A stretch of DNA of 61,005 nucleotides, filler included, from Nitrospinae bacterium RIFCSPLOWO2_12_FULL_45_22 (GTDB lineage: Bacteria; 2-12-FULL-45-22), in NCBI GenBank assembly GCA_001803565.1. It is 5 parts of 5 records of this genome, joined end to end, with 100 filler letters (N's around TTAATTAATTAA, not from the genome) between each part and the next. Parts side by side here need not be neighbours in the genome. Positions count along the whole stretch, not along the records: positions 35,377 to 55,274 come from MHDQ01000314.1; 4 more parts are not named here. The stretch is one strand, 5' to 3'. Shown one piece after another: positions 39,658 to 49,051 of the stretch. The notes beneath the pieces are model-generated. The model was not told the origin of the DNA. It did not search any database and was given only the letters and a program-made list of their open reading frames with translations. A program made the translations under genes and the position numbers. How positions within the stretch are numbered: position 1 is the stretch's first letter; every line of letters begins with the position of its first letter.

Positions 39658-40791
39658 TTATGAGACTTTGTGGGCAATCATCTCCAGGAAGGCCTCTATC
39701 CGGGTCCTGGCCTGCTCTATGCCTAGGGAAGGGTGTTCCAGGGTAAGTAAAAGCACCGGTATTTGGGCCTCTTCGAGCCTCTTTTTAAACAGGACAAAGT
39801 CGTAGGCAAAGGTATCGCAAAAAATTAGGCTATAAAGAATGACCCCCTGGGCATTGAATCCTTTGACCATATTGATGAGGTGCTCTAGCCTCGCCTCTGG
39901 GGGATGGATACAGGCACAGGGTACCTTTTCCAGATAGAACCGGCTAATATTGAGCAGGGGATTGCTGTCTAACTCGGCCTCTGACCAGAAATAGCGAGTG
40001 CCTATACAAAGATCATCACTGACCACCATGGCACCACAGGCATCTATTAGCTCTAATAAGTCGGTCTCATTCATCATACTACCTGATACCACTAGCCTTA
40101 GTCTTTTCTCAGGGGCTACTTCTCTGGCTTCTAACTCTGCCAGGGCTTCTCGCAAGAGGCGGTTATGTTCCTCTTTAGGCATGACAGTACCGGCCTTAAT
40201 AACCTTTAATACCTCCGAGGCGGTTATTGGTGGAGTTTCTCGCTTTCGCAATTCATAGAGTCTTCTTAGTAAGATACGATTCTCTTGATAGACCTGGAAT
40301 GCCCACCCTAAAGCCGCATCATTAATGCCATTTCCCCCAAAAAGCTCTAGGGCCTGCTTAAATTTCTCTAACTGCTGGAGGTGGTATTTATGCCCGGAGG
40401 GGGAACTTTTATGGGGATGATCCATAATATAGAAAAAGGGTATGGGGATATAGAGCTTCCATAGATCGTATAGTCGGCAGATAGCATCACAAGTATGGGT
40501 AGCTACTATACCATCCAGGAAATCATATTCGGTCTCTAAGGCTGAGCCTAAACAACTACGGGCATAAGGGCAGGTATTAGGCTGCAGATAAGCATCGCCT
40601 AAAGAGATCCTTTGCGGGTTACCATGGATCCTGATAGGGAGCATACCAGCGGCATAAATAATTTCCTCGGGGGTATAAGTACAAAGCCAGCCAATAACTT
40701 TCTTACCCTGAGATTTCCAGTTCTTCACAGCCGGGTTAGCAGGAGTTTCATCGGCTTCCCGTAACAATCTTGTCAGACTATTCATTTCCAT
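39658..40791 (-). CDS. 2-hydroxyacyl-CoA dehydratase / benzoyl-CoA reductase subunit C-like (HGD-D family)
   Basis: GWLC.Y.PEE.I.AAG, C.Y, TCD, DDLC.G and FCD motifs. Start set at the ATG at 40791 after SD aaggagg. Confidence 0.88.
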   Translation of the reverse strand: MEMNSLTRLLREADETPANPAVKNWKSQGKKVIGWLCTYTPEEIIYAAGMLPIRIHGNPQRISLGDAYLQPNTCPYARSCLGSALETEYDFLDGIVATHTCDAICRLYDLWKLYIPIPFFYIMDHPHKSSPSGHKYHLQQLEKFKQALELFGGNGINDAALGWAFQVYQENRILLRRLYELRKRETPPITASEVLKVIKAGTVMPKEEHNRLLREALAELEAREVAPEKRLRLVVSGSMMNETDLLELIDACGAMVVSDDLCIGTRYFWSEAELDSNPLLNISRFYLEKVPCACIHPPEARLEHLINMVKGFNAQGVILYSLIFCDTFAYDFVLFKKRLEEAQIPVLLLTLEHPSLGIEQARTRIEAFLEMIAHKVS

Positions 40792-40801
40792 CTCTGCCTC
40801 C

Positions 40802-41371
40802 TTAAGGCTTCTGGGCAATGATACTAGCAAGGGCCTTTTCTTTGCCCGCCTCTTTTACGTTCAGCACCAACTCTCGATAGACTATCACTTTATAATCAAT
40901 AAAAGAGTGTAATAATTCATTGGTTTTTAAGAGATACGCAGGGTTTTTAGGATGACCGTACCGGCCCTGTTCTTCAGTATATGTCTCAAATACTACCATC
41001 CCACCAGGCCTTAAGCCAGACTTGATCTTTGGGATCAAATCCCGTTGCAGATAATAAAAATTTATTATCAGGTCATACTCTTCTGGAGGAATAGAGTAGC
41101 AGGTAAGATCACCGACTACCCCATTAATCAATACACCTCGTTCCCTGGCCAGTTGGAGACATTTCTCTACTGCAGCCTCTGATCCATCAATCGCGGTTAC
41201 TACATAACCATGGCTGGCGAGATAGAGGGCATTACGACCCTCGCCCATAGCCAGGTCTAATGCCTTACCTTTAGGGAGTAGGGCTATATTGTCTTGCAGA
41301 AACTGGGCTGGAGCCAGCTTAGAGACATGGCCCTGACCATGATATGTTTTATCCCAGTCCTTTATTTCCAT
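40802..41371 (-). CDS. Class I SAM-dependent methyltransferase (TehB-like)
   Basis: ALDLAMGEGRNA.YLA and L.PGG motifs. Confidence 0.88.
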   Translation of the reverse strand: MEIKDWDKTYHGQGHVSKLAPAQFLQDNIALLPKGKALDLAMGEGRNALYLASHGYVVTAIDGSEAAVEKCLQLARERGVLINGVVGDLTCYSIPPEEYDLIINFYYLQRDLIPKIKSGLRPGGMVVFETYTEEQGRYGHPKNPAYLLKTNELLHSFIDYKVIVYRELVLNVKEAGKEKALASIIAQKP

Positions 41372-43202
41372 GAAAGAAGTTGAAGATCTCCTGGGCTAAT
41401 CCCTTGTTTAATTTAGATACCGCTTGCAACTCTTCTACCGTAGCCTCGGCTATTCGGTCTAAACTGCCAAAATGCTTCAAGAGCTGCTGTTTACGCCTGG
41501 GACCAATACCTGGAATATCGTCCAGAGAAGAATATAATCCCTCCTTCTCTCTGATCTTTTTATGATAGCTGATAGCAAAACGGTGGGCTTCATCCCGAAT
41601 CTGCTGTAATAGGAATAGAGCTGGAGAGCGTCGGGAAAGGATCACCGGGTTCTTTCGACCCAGCAGATATACCTTTTCCTCTCCTTTGCTTTTCCTCGCT
41701 CTTAATCTATCATCCCGGGCCTTCGCCAGGCTGATGAGGTCCGGGGTATGAATCGCCAACTTATCCAATATATCCCGTGCGATATTTAATTGCCCTTTGC
41801 CTCCATCTACCATGATTAAGTCTGGTAGGTTCTCTGCGACTGATGCCTGGCGATAATGCCTTTCTAGTACTTCAGCCATCATCCCATAATCATCGGCCTG
41901 GTGTACGGTTTTGATCCTGTAACGCCGATACCATTGCTTATCAGGGGTCCCCTGGATAAACCGTACGGCTGAGCCTACAGCCTGATTCCCACCGATATTG
42001 GAGATATCGAAACACTCGATCTTAACTGGCAGGTTGTGCAATGAAAGTTTTTTCTGGAGTTCGTCCAATTGGTCCGGGTATGACTCTAGGTTGCCCTGAT
42101 CCTTCTGGAAGGCCATTTTTGCATTTTTACCGGCCATCAAAACTAATTGTCTCTTCTCACCTTTTTGCGGACAGAGGATTTGTACCTTACTACCCCGTCG
42201 TTCAGAGAGGATCTCTACTAGCACCCCCGAACCTTCCACGAGAAATGGTAGATATATCTCTTCTGGAATATAGCTACTACCATAGTACTGATTAAGAAAA
42301 GAACTCAACAACTCAGGAGCCGGTGTAAGGGGCTGGACAAAGGTGTCAGCTTTACCACCAACGAGCTTTCCATGGCGGATATGGAGTCTCTGGATGGCAA
42401 GGGCTTTCCCTTCTCGGTAAAAGCCAAAAATATCTATGTCCTTCAACTGGCTTGAGACTACCTTCTGTCGCTCGATAGTCTTCTCGACCGCCTGGATTCG
42501 ATTATAAATCCGGTTGGCCTCCTCAAAATTTAGCTTCCTCGATTCTTCCTCCATCTTCTTTTTTAATATCCGGATTAATTCCTCATTCTGACCCTGGAGG
42601 AAAAGGATAACCTGGTCAATAAGTTGCCGGTATTCTTCCTCCTTGATCTCTTTACCGGCACAGGCGCCGAGGCATTGACCAATCTGGTAATAGAGGCAGG
42701 GACGATCTCTCTGGCTAAATACGGTATCGGTGCAAGAACGGATAGGGAAGGTACGGTAAATGATCCGCAAGGTCTCTCTTACTGCCCGGGCAGAAGAGTA
42801 AGGCCCAAAGTAAAGACAGCCATCTTTCTTAGCTCCTTTAGGCAAGCGGACAATAGAGAGCCGGGGGAAGGGTTTGCGGAGATCAAGGCGGAGGCTGACA
42901 TAGGTCTTATCATCCTTAAATTTTACATTATACCGGGGCTGGTATTGCTTGATCAGGTTATTTTCTAAAATAAGGGCCTCTTTCTCGGTATCAGTAGCAA
43001 TAAAGTCTATATCTGCTACATTACTCCTCAGAAATCTCACCTGGAGCCGATTATCTCCAGAATCCCTAAAATAGGATCTTACTCGGTTGCGCAGCTCCTT
43101 AGCCTTACCTACATATACTACCTTCCCCCCTTTATTCTTCATCAAATAAACCCCAGGGCTCTTGGGGAGCCGCTCAACCTTATCCATTAAATCTAAATCC
43201 AT
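41349..43202 (-). CDS. uvrC: Excinuclease ABC subunit C
   Basis: GIY-YIG motif PGVY...YVGKAK.LR.RV.SYF, ECFDIS, VDGGKGQ, RDEAHRFA and HhH IPGIG. Confidence 0.97.
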   Translation of the reverse strand: MDLDLMDKVERLPKSPGVYLMKNKGGKVVYVGKAKELRNRVRSYFRDSGDNRLQVRFLRSNVADIDFIATDTEKEALILENNLIKQYQPRYNVKFKDDKTYVSLRLDLRKPFPRLSIVRLPKGAKKDGCLYFGPYSSARAVRETLRIIYRTFPIRSCTDTVFSQRDRPCLYYQIGQCLGACAGKEIKEEEYRQLIDQVILFLQGQNEELIRILKKKMEEESRKLNFEEANRIYNRIQAVEKTIERQKVVSSQLKDIDIFGFYREGKALAIQRLHIRHGKLVGGKADTFVQPLTPAPELLSSFLNQYYGSSYIPEEIYLPFLVEGSGVLVEILSERRGSKVQILCPQKGEKRQLVLMAGKNAKMAFQKDQGNLESYPDQLDELQKKLSLHNLPVKIECFDISNIGGNQAVGSAVRFIQGTPDKQWYRRYRIKTVHQADDYGMMAEVLERHYRQASVAENLPDLIMVDGGKGQLNIARDILDKLAIHTPDLISLAKARDDRLRARKSKGEEKVYLLGRKNPVILSRRSPALFLLQQIRDEAHRFAISYHKKIREKEGLYSSLDDIPGIGPRRKQQLLKHFGSLDRIAEATVEELQAVSKLNKGLAQEIFNFFHGNKGLG

Positions 43203-43667
43203 AGCTGATCTTTATCAAACATTATTAAATAAACCAGACGCGAAGGACGCAAAGAACGTATCCGGGAGGCGTAAACAGAGAACAAATAATAGTTCTTTAT
43301 TCTTTTTTCCTTAGCTTTGCGTTTTGCGCTCTGAGTTTTACGCCTTTTTCACGGACACCGACACGGCTTCAAGGTTTCTCCTGGCGCTCTTTGCGGCTTT
43401 GCGGTATATAACTTGGGTTTATATCTTTGTGTTCTTGGCCTTAATTATGAATTATAATCTTTGGGAGAAGATCAAGAAAGGGTAAAAAAAGGAAGGATTG
43501 GCTAAATCATTGTTTTTATTGACTTTTTCTCCTGTCTACTACTTAGGCAATCTAATATTTTTGCCCCAAAAATATATCTTTTAAGGACCTAATTAACAAG
43601 TTTTCCCACAAGCTATCCACAACCAATGTTATTAATCAATAGTTAGTGGTTAGGGGCATCTAAGGCG

Positions 43668-44789
43668 CTATATATTGACTTTTCTGGCCAACCTCTTTAT
43701 CGCCAGATTCAACCCCTCCAGGGTTAAAGGATACATGGGGAAGATATTCTTGACCATGCGGATAGTGGGTTGATCCCAGTAACGAGGTTCTTCAGGATTT
43801 AGCCATACGGTATGGGGGAAATGACTGGCTATACGTTTAAGCCACATTATTCCAGGGATTTCATTCTTCTCTGCCGAATAGATGGCCCCGTGGCGCCTGG
43901 TCAATTCTTCGGGGGCCATACAGGCATCCCCTACCAGGATAAGTTTATAGTCCATCCCTAAGGTACTTAATACCTGGGGAGTGGGAAATGCCTTCTGACG
44001 TTCGATATCCTCAAAGACCTTATCATAAACGCAGTTATGAAAATAATAATATCTAAAATCCTTAAAGTGTGTGGCGGAATGGGCGGCGGAAAAGAGTCGG
44101 CTGCATAGCCGGGAGAATGGGGCCATGGACCCCCCTACATCCAGGAGTAGTAGGAGTTTTACCGCGTTTTTCTTGCTCCGGCGCCAGATGAGCTCTAATT
44201 CGCCCGCATTCTTGCTGGTAGCCTCGATAGTCTTTGCCAGGTCTAATTCATCGTCTGGCCCTTGCCGGTAGAGTTGCCTTAGGTGTTTCAAGGCTACTTT
44301 GAACTGCCTGACATCCAGGGTTAAGTCCTGGCGCAAGTTTTTGAAATGCCTCTCCGCCGCAATCTGGATCGCAGAGCGCGAACTAGGCCCTTCATCCTTC
44401 TCTTTGGTTTGTGACGGATAATTAGAATCTGTTTCCTTAATTTTTATCTTTTTATTGGAGATACGCTCCTCAAAATCTTCTATCCAACGGTTAAACCCTA
44501 TGGGTTTAAGCAGGGTCATTTCTTCCGGGGTCAGATTCTTTGACCACTCCAATATTTCTTCTATCATATCCTCTGGGTTTTTTATCCCTCGGAAATATTC
44601 TTCAAAGGCCATATCGTAATGATCGAAATAGGCCTCATCTTTTATCAGGATAGCCCGGGCTAGATAATAAAAGACCTGCAAATCAGAAAGGGCATGGCCT
44701 TGAACTAATGCCTCCATAAGGGTCATCCATTCGGTTATAGAAACCGGGACTTTTCGCTGTCGCAAAGCATAGAAAAAATCTATAAACAT
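43668..44789 (-). CDS. VWA-domain protein, CoxE/COG3825-like
   Basis: LR...VPVS..EW, LLLDVGGSM MIDAS, YFHNC.Y, GDA.M.P and VWLNP motifs. Confidence 0.85.
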   Translation of the reverse strand: MFIDFFYALRQRKVPVSITEWMTLMEALVQGHALSDLQVFYYLARAILIKDEAYFDHYDMAFEEYFRGIKNPEDMIEEILEWSKNLTPEEMTLLKPIGFNRWIEDFEERISNKKIKIKETDSNYPSQTKEKDEGPSSRSAIQIAAERHFKNLRQDLTLDVRQFKVALKHLRQLYRQGPDDELDLAKTIEATSKNAGELELIWRRSKKNAVKLLLLLDVGGSMAPFSRLCSRLFSAAHSATHFKDFRYYYFHNCVYDKVFEDIERQKAFPTPQVLSTLGMDYKLILVGDACMAPEELTRRHGAIYSAEKNEIPGIMWLKRIASHFPHTVWLNPEEPRYWDQPTIRMVKNIFPMYPLTLEGLNLAIKRLARKVNI

Positions 44790-44795
44790 TGTCTC

Positions 44796-45692
44796 TCAAA
44801 AGGTCAATAATGCCAAACCAGTTATTATCATCACAATAGCTATGCCCTGGATGCCGTTTATCTGCTCAGCCAAATATACCCGGGCAATAAAAATGGTTAT
44901 CAATGGGTAGAGATTAGCTAGAGGAGCAACTAAAGAGACTGCCCCGCTACTCATAGACATTAAGAAAAAGATTCCGCCTACGCAGAAAGATAGTTGAGAA
45001 AGTTCGGAAATAACCCACCCTCTCCTACTTACCGAGATCGCCCTACGCCGCTGCCACCACCAGAGAGGGAGCAGGGCAACCGGGGTCAAAAAGGCATAAA
45101 TGCCTATTAGGTTCATATAACCAACTTCTCTTATCAATACTTTGCTTATTACTACGGAAATGCCCCATGCTAGACAAGAGAGAAAAGACCAGTATAACCA
45201 CCCACTGGAGTGGTTCTTGATCCCTTCTGTACCAGCAGGATTTGCGGGATTATTAGCGGGATTGTTATATGATAAGGCTATGATGCTAATAAACACCAGG
45301 AATAAGCCCTGGTATTGCCAATAATTCAATATCTCATCCAAAAACAGCCAGGCTCCAATAATGGTAACTAAGGAATAAGCGCTGGTAATAGGTGCTACCA
45401 ATGAGACTTTACCCCTTTGCAAGGCCAGGTAATAAAAAAGCCAGCCCGCGGCAGACAAGATACTGCTCAGTATAACCAATAGCCAGGCCTTCCAGGAAGT
45501 GGTAAGTATAAATGACTGAGAGAGGGAAAAATATCCTCCCCAGATAATTAAAGTATTTAAGGCATAGAGGAGCAACATATTGGCCGGGCCAACTATTGAA
45601 ATACCTTCTTTGGCCAAGACCTGTCCAATACCCCACAATACTATCGTCACTATTAATGCCAAAGCCCAGTATGATTCCAGAATTGCAACCAT
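44796..45692 (-). CDS. EamA/DMT-family transporter
   Basis: Two EamA repeats (G.VSLVAP...) with about 10 TM helices. Confidence 0.9.
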   Translation of the reverse strand: MVAILESYWALALIVTIVLWGIGQVLAKEGISIVGPANMLLLYALNTLIIWGGYFSLSQSFILTTSWKAWLLVILSSILSAAGWLFYYLALQRGKVSLVAPITSAYSLVTIIGAWLFLDEILNYWQYQGLFLVFISIIALSYNNPANNPANPAGTEGIKNHSSGWLYWSFLSCLAWGISVVISKVLIREVGYMNLIGIYAFLTPVALLPLWWWQRRRAISVSRRGWVISELSQLSFCVGGIFFLMSMSSGAVSLVAPLANLYPLITIFIARVYLAEQINGIQGIAIVMIITGLALLTF

Positions 45693-46679
45693 TTACGCTC
45701 CCATAGTTTTATTACCCAAATAGCTGATATCAATGTAGTCAGGTAATTCCTTTTTCAGATAGACCTTTAGCTTATTCATCAATTTTTTCTCTTTTTGCCG
45801 GATAGCCTCGCGGGTAATGCCAAATTTATCACCGATCTCCTGAAGGGTCACAGGCTCCTCAGCAATCAACCTATGTTCCAGGATATAGCGTTCCTTTTCC
45901 TTAAGTCCCTGGGCAAAAGCCTGAATCTTTGCTCGGAAGAGTTCCGCAAATTCCTCATCCTCCAATTTTTCCGCGATTGGTGGGTCGGGGGAGGAGAGAA
46001 GATCAGCATAAGTTCTTTTGCCCTGGTCATCTATAGGGGCATCTATAGATATGTCTACCGCGGATAAACTCTTATTTACTTCTATAACATCTTCTTCTGT
46101 TACATCTAAACGCTCAGCTAAAAGTTTTGGACCGTAATGAAATCCCTGGGCCTCTAACCTTTCTTTTTCCTTTTGGAGATTATACAATAACTTCCTCCGG
46201 GCATTGGTAGTCCCTACTTTTACTAGCCTCCAATTGTCCAGGATAAACTTAAGGATATAAGCCCTGACCCACCACGAAGCATAGGTAGAAAACCTTGTGC
46301 CGGCAAAGGGATCAAAATGTTTTACCGCCTGCATAAGGCCAACATTACCTTCCTGAATAAGGTCCATAATGTTGTAATAGACCCGTTTAAAAAGAAAAGC
46401 TATCTTCACTACAAGTTGCAGGTGGGAAGTGACTAGCCGGTGAGCAGCTTCTATATCTCCTTCTGTTTTATATTTCAAGGCTAGCCGGAATTCTTCTTCT
46501 TTAGATAATGAAGGGAAGCGGCGGACTTCGGCCAGATAGCGGTGGAAGGGATCGTAATATACTAAAGAGGTACTAGCCGAGGTTGGTTCTTCTTTCTTCT
46601 CATCTTCCCCTATGCCTATTTCTTCTGAGGCCAACTCTTCTTCTAATTGTTCTTTTATAAAAGTGTCCATCTCAACCAT
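45693..46679 (-). CDS. rpoH: RNA polymerase sigma factor, RpoH/sigma32-like
   Basis: DLIQEGNVGLM.AV..FDP, RFSTYA.WW, RpoH-box-like NWRLVKVGTT.ARRKL.YNL and TLQEIG..FGITRE.IRQ. Confidence 0.85.
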   Translation of the reverse strand: MVEMDTFIKEQLEEELASEEIGIGEDEKKEEPTSASTSLVYYDPFHRYLAEVRRFPSLSKEEEFRLALKYKTEGDIEAAHRLVTSHLQLVVKIAFLFKRVYYNIMDLIQEGNVGLMQAVKHFDPFAGTRFSTYASWWVRAYILKFILDNWRLVKVGTTNARRKLLYNLQKEKERLEAQGFHYGPKLLAERLDVTEEDVIEVNKSLSAVDISIDAPIDDQGKRTYADLLSSPDPPIAEKLEDEEFAELFRAKIQAFAQGLKEKERYILEHRLIAEEPVTLQEIGDKFGITREAIRQKEKKLMNKLKVYLKKELPDYIDISYLGNKTMGA

Positions 46680-47097
46680 AAAATATCATGATTACTCTAG
46701 GTTTATAACCGTTTAGCCAAATAAAGTCTCTCAAATATGGCTCATCAGGAATCTAAAACTAAATAAAAGCTAAAGACTTAACCACAAACCTGCCTGTGCC
46801 GCCAGCACGGCAGACAGGTGACACGAAGTAACGAATGACACAAATAGCTTTTATATCTCATCATTCGCGCTATTTGTATATTCGTGTAATTCGTGATCCA
46901 TCTCTTACCGGCCCTGGCAAGTGTTCATCCTCGGCTAAGATCATAATTTTGGCTAAACAGTTGCTCTTTTTCTCGGTGTCTTCAGCGCCTCTCTGGCTAA
47001 ATTGGAGCGAAGCCTTTAATTGGCTAAGCTGTTACCTAAGTTTATATTTTTCAGCTACTCTTTTCAATGGATTCGAGGAATAAGTATGTCCCAAGGG

Positions 47098-48096
47098 CTA
47101 ATTCTTGGGCTGGTTTGGAGAATAACCGGGTTTATTATAAATAAAGGTGCCTAGCAAAGGTAGTCTCTTTTCTTTAATCTCTAGCGGGATTGGTTTGAAC
47201 GGGGCTGCACGCTCTATGGCACTTAAAACCCCTTTATCTAAGACCTTATATTGGGAAGAAGTAACCAGCTTGATCTCGGAAACATTGCCATCCCGTTCTA
47301 CAGTAAAAGCCAGGTCTATTTGGCCTTTTAAGGCCGGCTGGGCTTCTTCTGGATATCGCCAAAACTGCAATATCCTCTCCTTTATATAAGCCAGATAGGG
47401 GGCTAAATCTGGGTCTTTGCTGTCCAACGGAATATACTTGCGCCCCATTAGTGGGGGATTGATTTCCCGGAGACTATCCCCAATAGCCAGGGCTTCTGCG
47501 GGTTGCTTAAAGCCAGATCTTTCTCCTTCTATAAGCCCAAAAATCTCTTTTCCTTGCCTCGATCCAGGAAAAGTGGCGATCTGCGCGGGTTTTGCTACGT
47601 CAGTTGATTCGGTTCCTATATCTATAGGGTTTGCGGATAAGAGCTTTTTATCAGTAATCTGGGGATAGTGCAATAGCTCTTCTTTTCCCTCATTTAAGAG
47701 ATTCTGGAGGATATGAGCCTTATGCTTAACACCAGGTAAAACAGGTTTTTCTAATACGGCTGGAGGAGCGACTGATTTTGTCCTATTCAAGGATAAGGGT
47801 AGGGGTAGTTGCTTCAGGAAATCCTGCTTCTTAAGGATAGGGGGATTTGTTGTGGGCTTTGGCACCTTTCTAGTCTGGAGGAGCTTTGTTCTTTTCGGTG
47901 GTTCAGAAATAGTTATCTGGCGCTGCTCGGCAATATCCATTAGTTTTACTACTAACGGGGATTCCTCTGGATTACTTGGTGACGCCAATATAACGATTTT
48001 GCTAATCAACAGGATGCTTAAATGGAACATCAGAGATAAAAACAAGTAGGGGGTAAAAGTTCTTTTCTTCCCCATACTATATACTACAAAAGCCAT
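47098..48096 (-). CDS. TonB/TolA C-terminal domain protein
   Basis: N-terminal TM with S...H motif, Pro/Lys-rich linker and C-terminal W.YP..A...G.....F....DG...SS....LD...AAPF. Confidence 0.85.
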   Translation of the reverse strand: MAFVVYSMGKKRTFTPYLFLSLMFHLSILLISKIVILASPSNPEESPLVVKLMDIAEQRQITISEPPKRTKLLQTRKVPKPTTNPPILKKQDFLKQLPLPLSLNRTKSVAPPAVLEKPVLPGVKHKAHILQNLLNEGKEELLHYPQITDKKLLSANPIDIGTESTDVAKPAQIATFPGSRQGKEIFGLIEGERSGFKQPAEALAIGDSLREINPPLMGRKYIPLDSKDPDLAPYLAYIKERILQFWRYPEEAQPALKGQIDLAFTVERDGNVSEIKLVTSSQYKVLDKGVLSAIERAAPFKPIPLEIKEKRLPLLGTFIYNKPGYSPNQPKN

Positions 48097-48426
48097 ATTA
48101 AAGCCCCTTTAATGAAACCCCGGTTAAAAAACTTGTTGTTTCTAAAAAAAAATTATAATGTTATAATAGTTTTATTACCATCCTTTTCTTTTTTCTGTAG
48201 ATCTGTAGAAAAAATATTGTAACTACCAGACACCAGGGACACATTTTTTAATGAAGAGTTAGCAGTAAGGAGGGAGGAGCTTACTCCTCACGGTAGTCTC
48301 TTAGAGTGCTTTGTGCCTTTGTGGTTCATCATACTTTTTGCGCTTTTTGGCGGCTATTTTTAGAAGAACGTGTTGACTAAACAGTTACAGAATTTCCTAT
48401 TTTATAAAAAAAGGAGGTGAGAAAAT

Positions 48427-48678
48427 ATGAAACGGTTATTTGCCCTAATTACCCTAGCTTTTTTCCTGGTATTTTCTGCGAATATCCTCACTGCTTGCAA
48501 ACAGAAGCCGAAAGAAGAGCCAGCAGTAGAGGAAGGTGCGGGAAAAGCTGAGGAACCACAGGCCGTAACCCCAGCACCCGCTGAACAACCGGCACCAGCA
48601 CCCGCTGAACAACCGGCACCAGCACCGGCACCAGCACCGGAACAACCCCAGGAACAGCCTCAAACACCTGGGCAATAG
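48427..48678 (+). CDS. Small Pro/Ala/Glu/Gln-rich lipoprotein
   Basis: SD aggaggtg, lipobox LTAC, tandem PAPAEQPA repeats, followed by a terminator. Confidence 0.85.
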   Translation: MKRLFALITLAFFLVFSANILTACKQKPKEEPAVEEGAGKAEEPQAVTPAPAEQPAPAPAEQPAPAPAPAPEQPQEQPQTPGQ

Positions 48679-48702
48679 TAAAGGGTAAACCATTCCCGAA
48701 GT

Positions 48703-48742
48703 AAAGGGGTAAAAACTTGCGGTAGTTTTTACCCCTTTTTTT
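48703..48742 (+). terminator. Intrinsic terminator
   Basis: Hairpin aaaggggtaaaaact-tgcggt-agtttttacccctt followed by a T tract. Confidence 0.85.
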
Positions 48743-48851
48743 ATTGGACTGGTATTGCTCTCTTGACCTTTTTTGCAATCTCTGCTACTTTTTAATCGCA
48801 TAAGGATCTTAATCTAGTGCCCATCCAGAAATGAAATCGTGGCACTAATTA

Positions 48852-48992
48852 GTTTCCAATCCAGAAATGAGGAATTTTCCGCAAGGTCAAGGAAATCAAG
48901 GGATTATGCGGAGTCGTACTTTAGTACGTCGCACAAATAATCCCGCAGATTGACGCAGAGATTGTGGAAAAGGGCCATTTATGGATGGAAAC
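48852..48992. mobile_element. MITE-like element upstream of degQ
   Basis: Ends gtttccaatccagaaatg and catttatggatggaaac; internal hairpin around gtactttagtac; a partial copy of the end lies at about 48814-48833. Confidence 0.7.
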
Positions 48993-49051
48993 GAATCTAG
49001 ATGACCGTATTGAGTATGCTTAAGAGAATAATAATCGGGAGAGAAAAGGTG

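Noticed and set aside
43602-43621. DnaA boxes / oriC upstream of uvrC
   Set aside because: Only two imperfect boxes (tttcccaca, ctatccaca), with no dnaA/dnaN context.
8378-46900. ORFs in repeat-rich spacers (8378, 21331, 25662, 39485, 46835)
   Set aside because: They largely translate MITE or tandem-repeat DNA, or are antisense to real gene ends.
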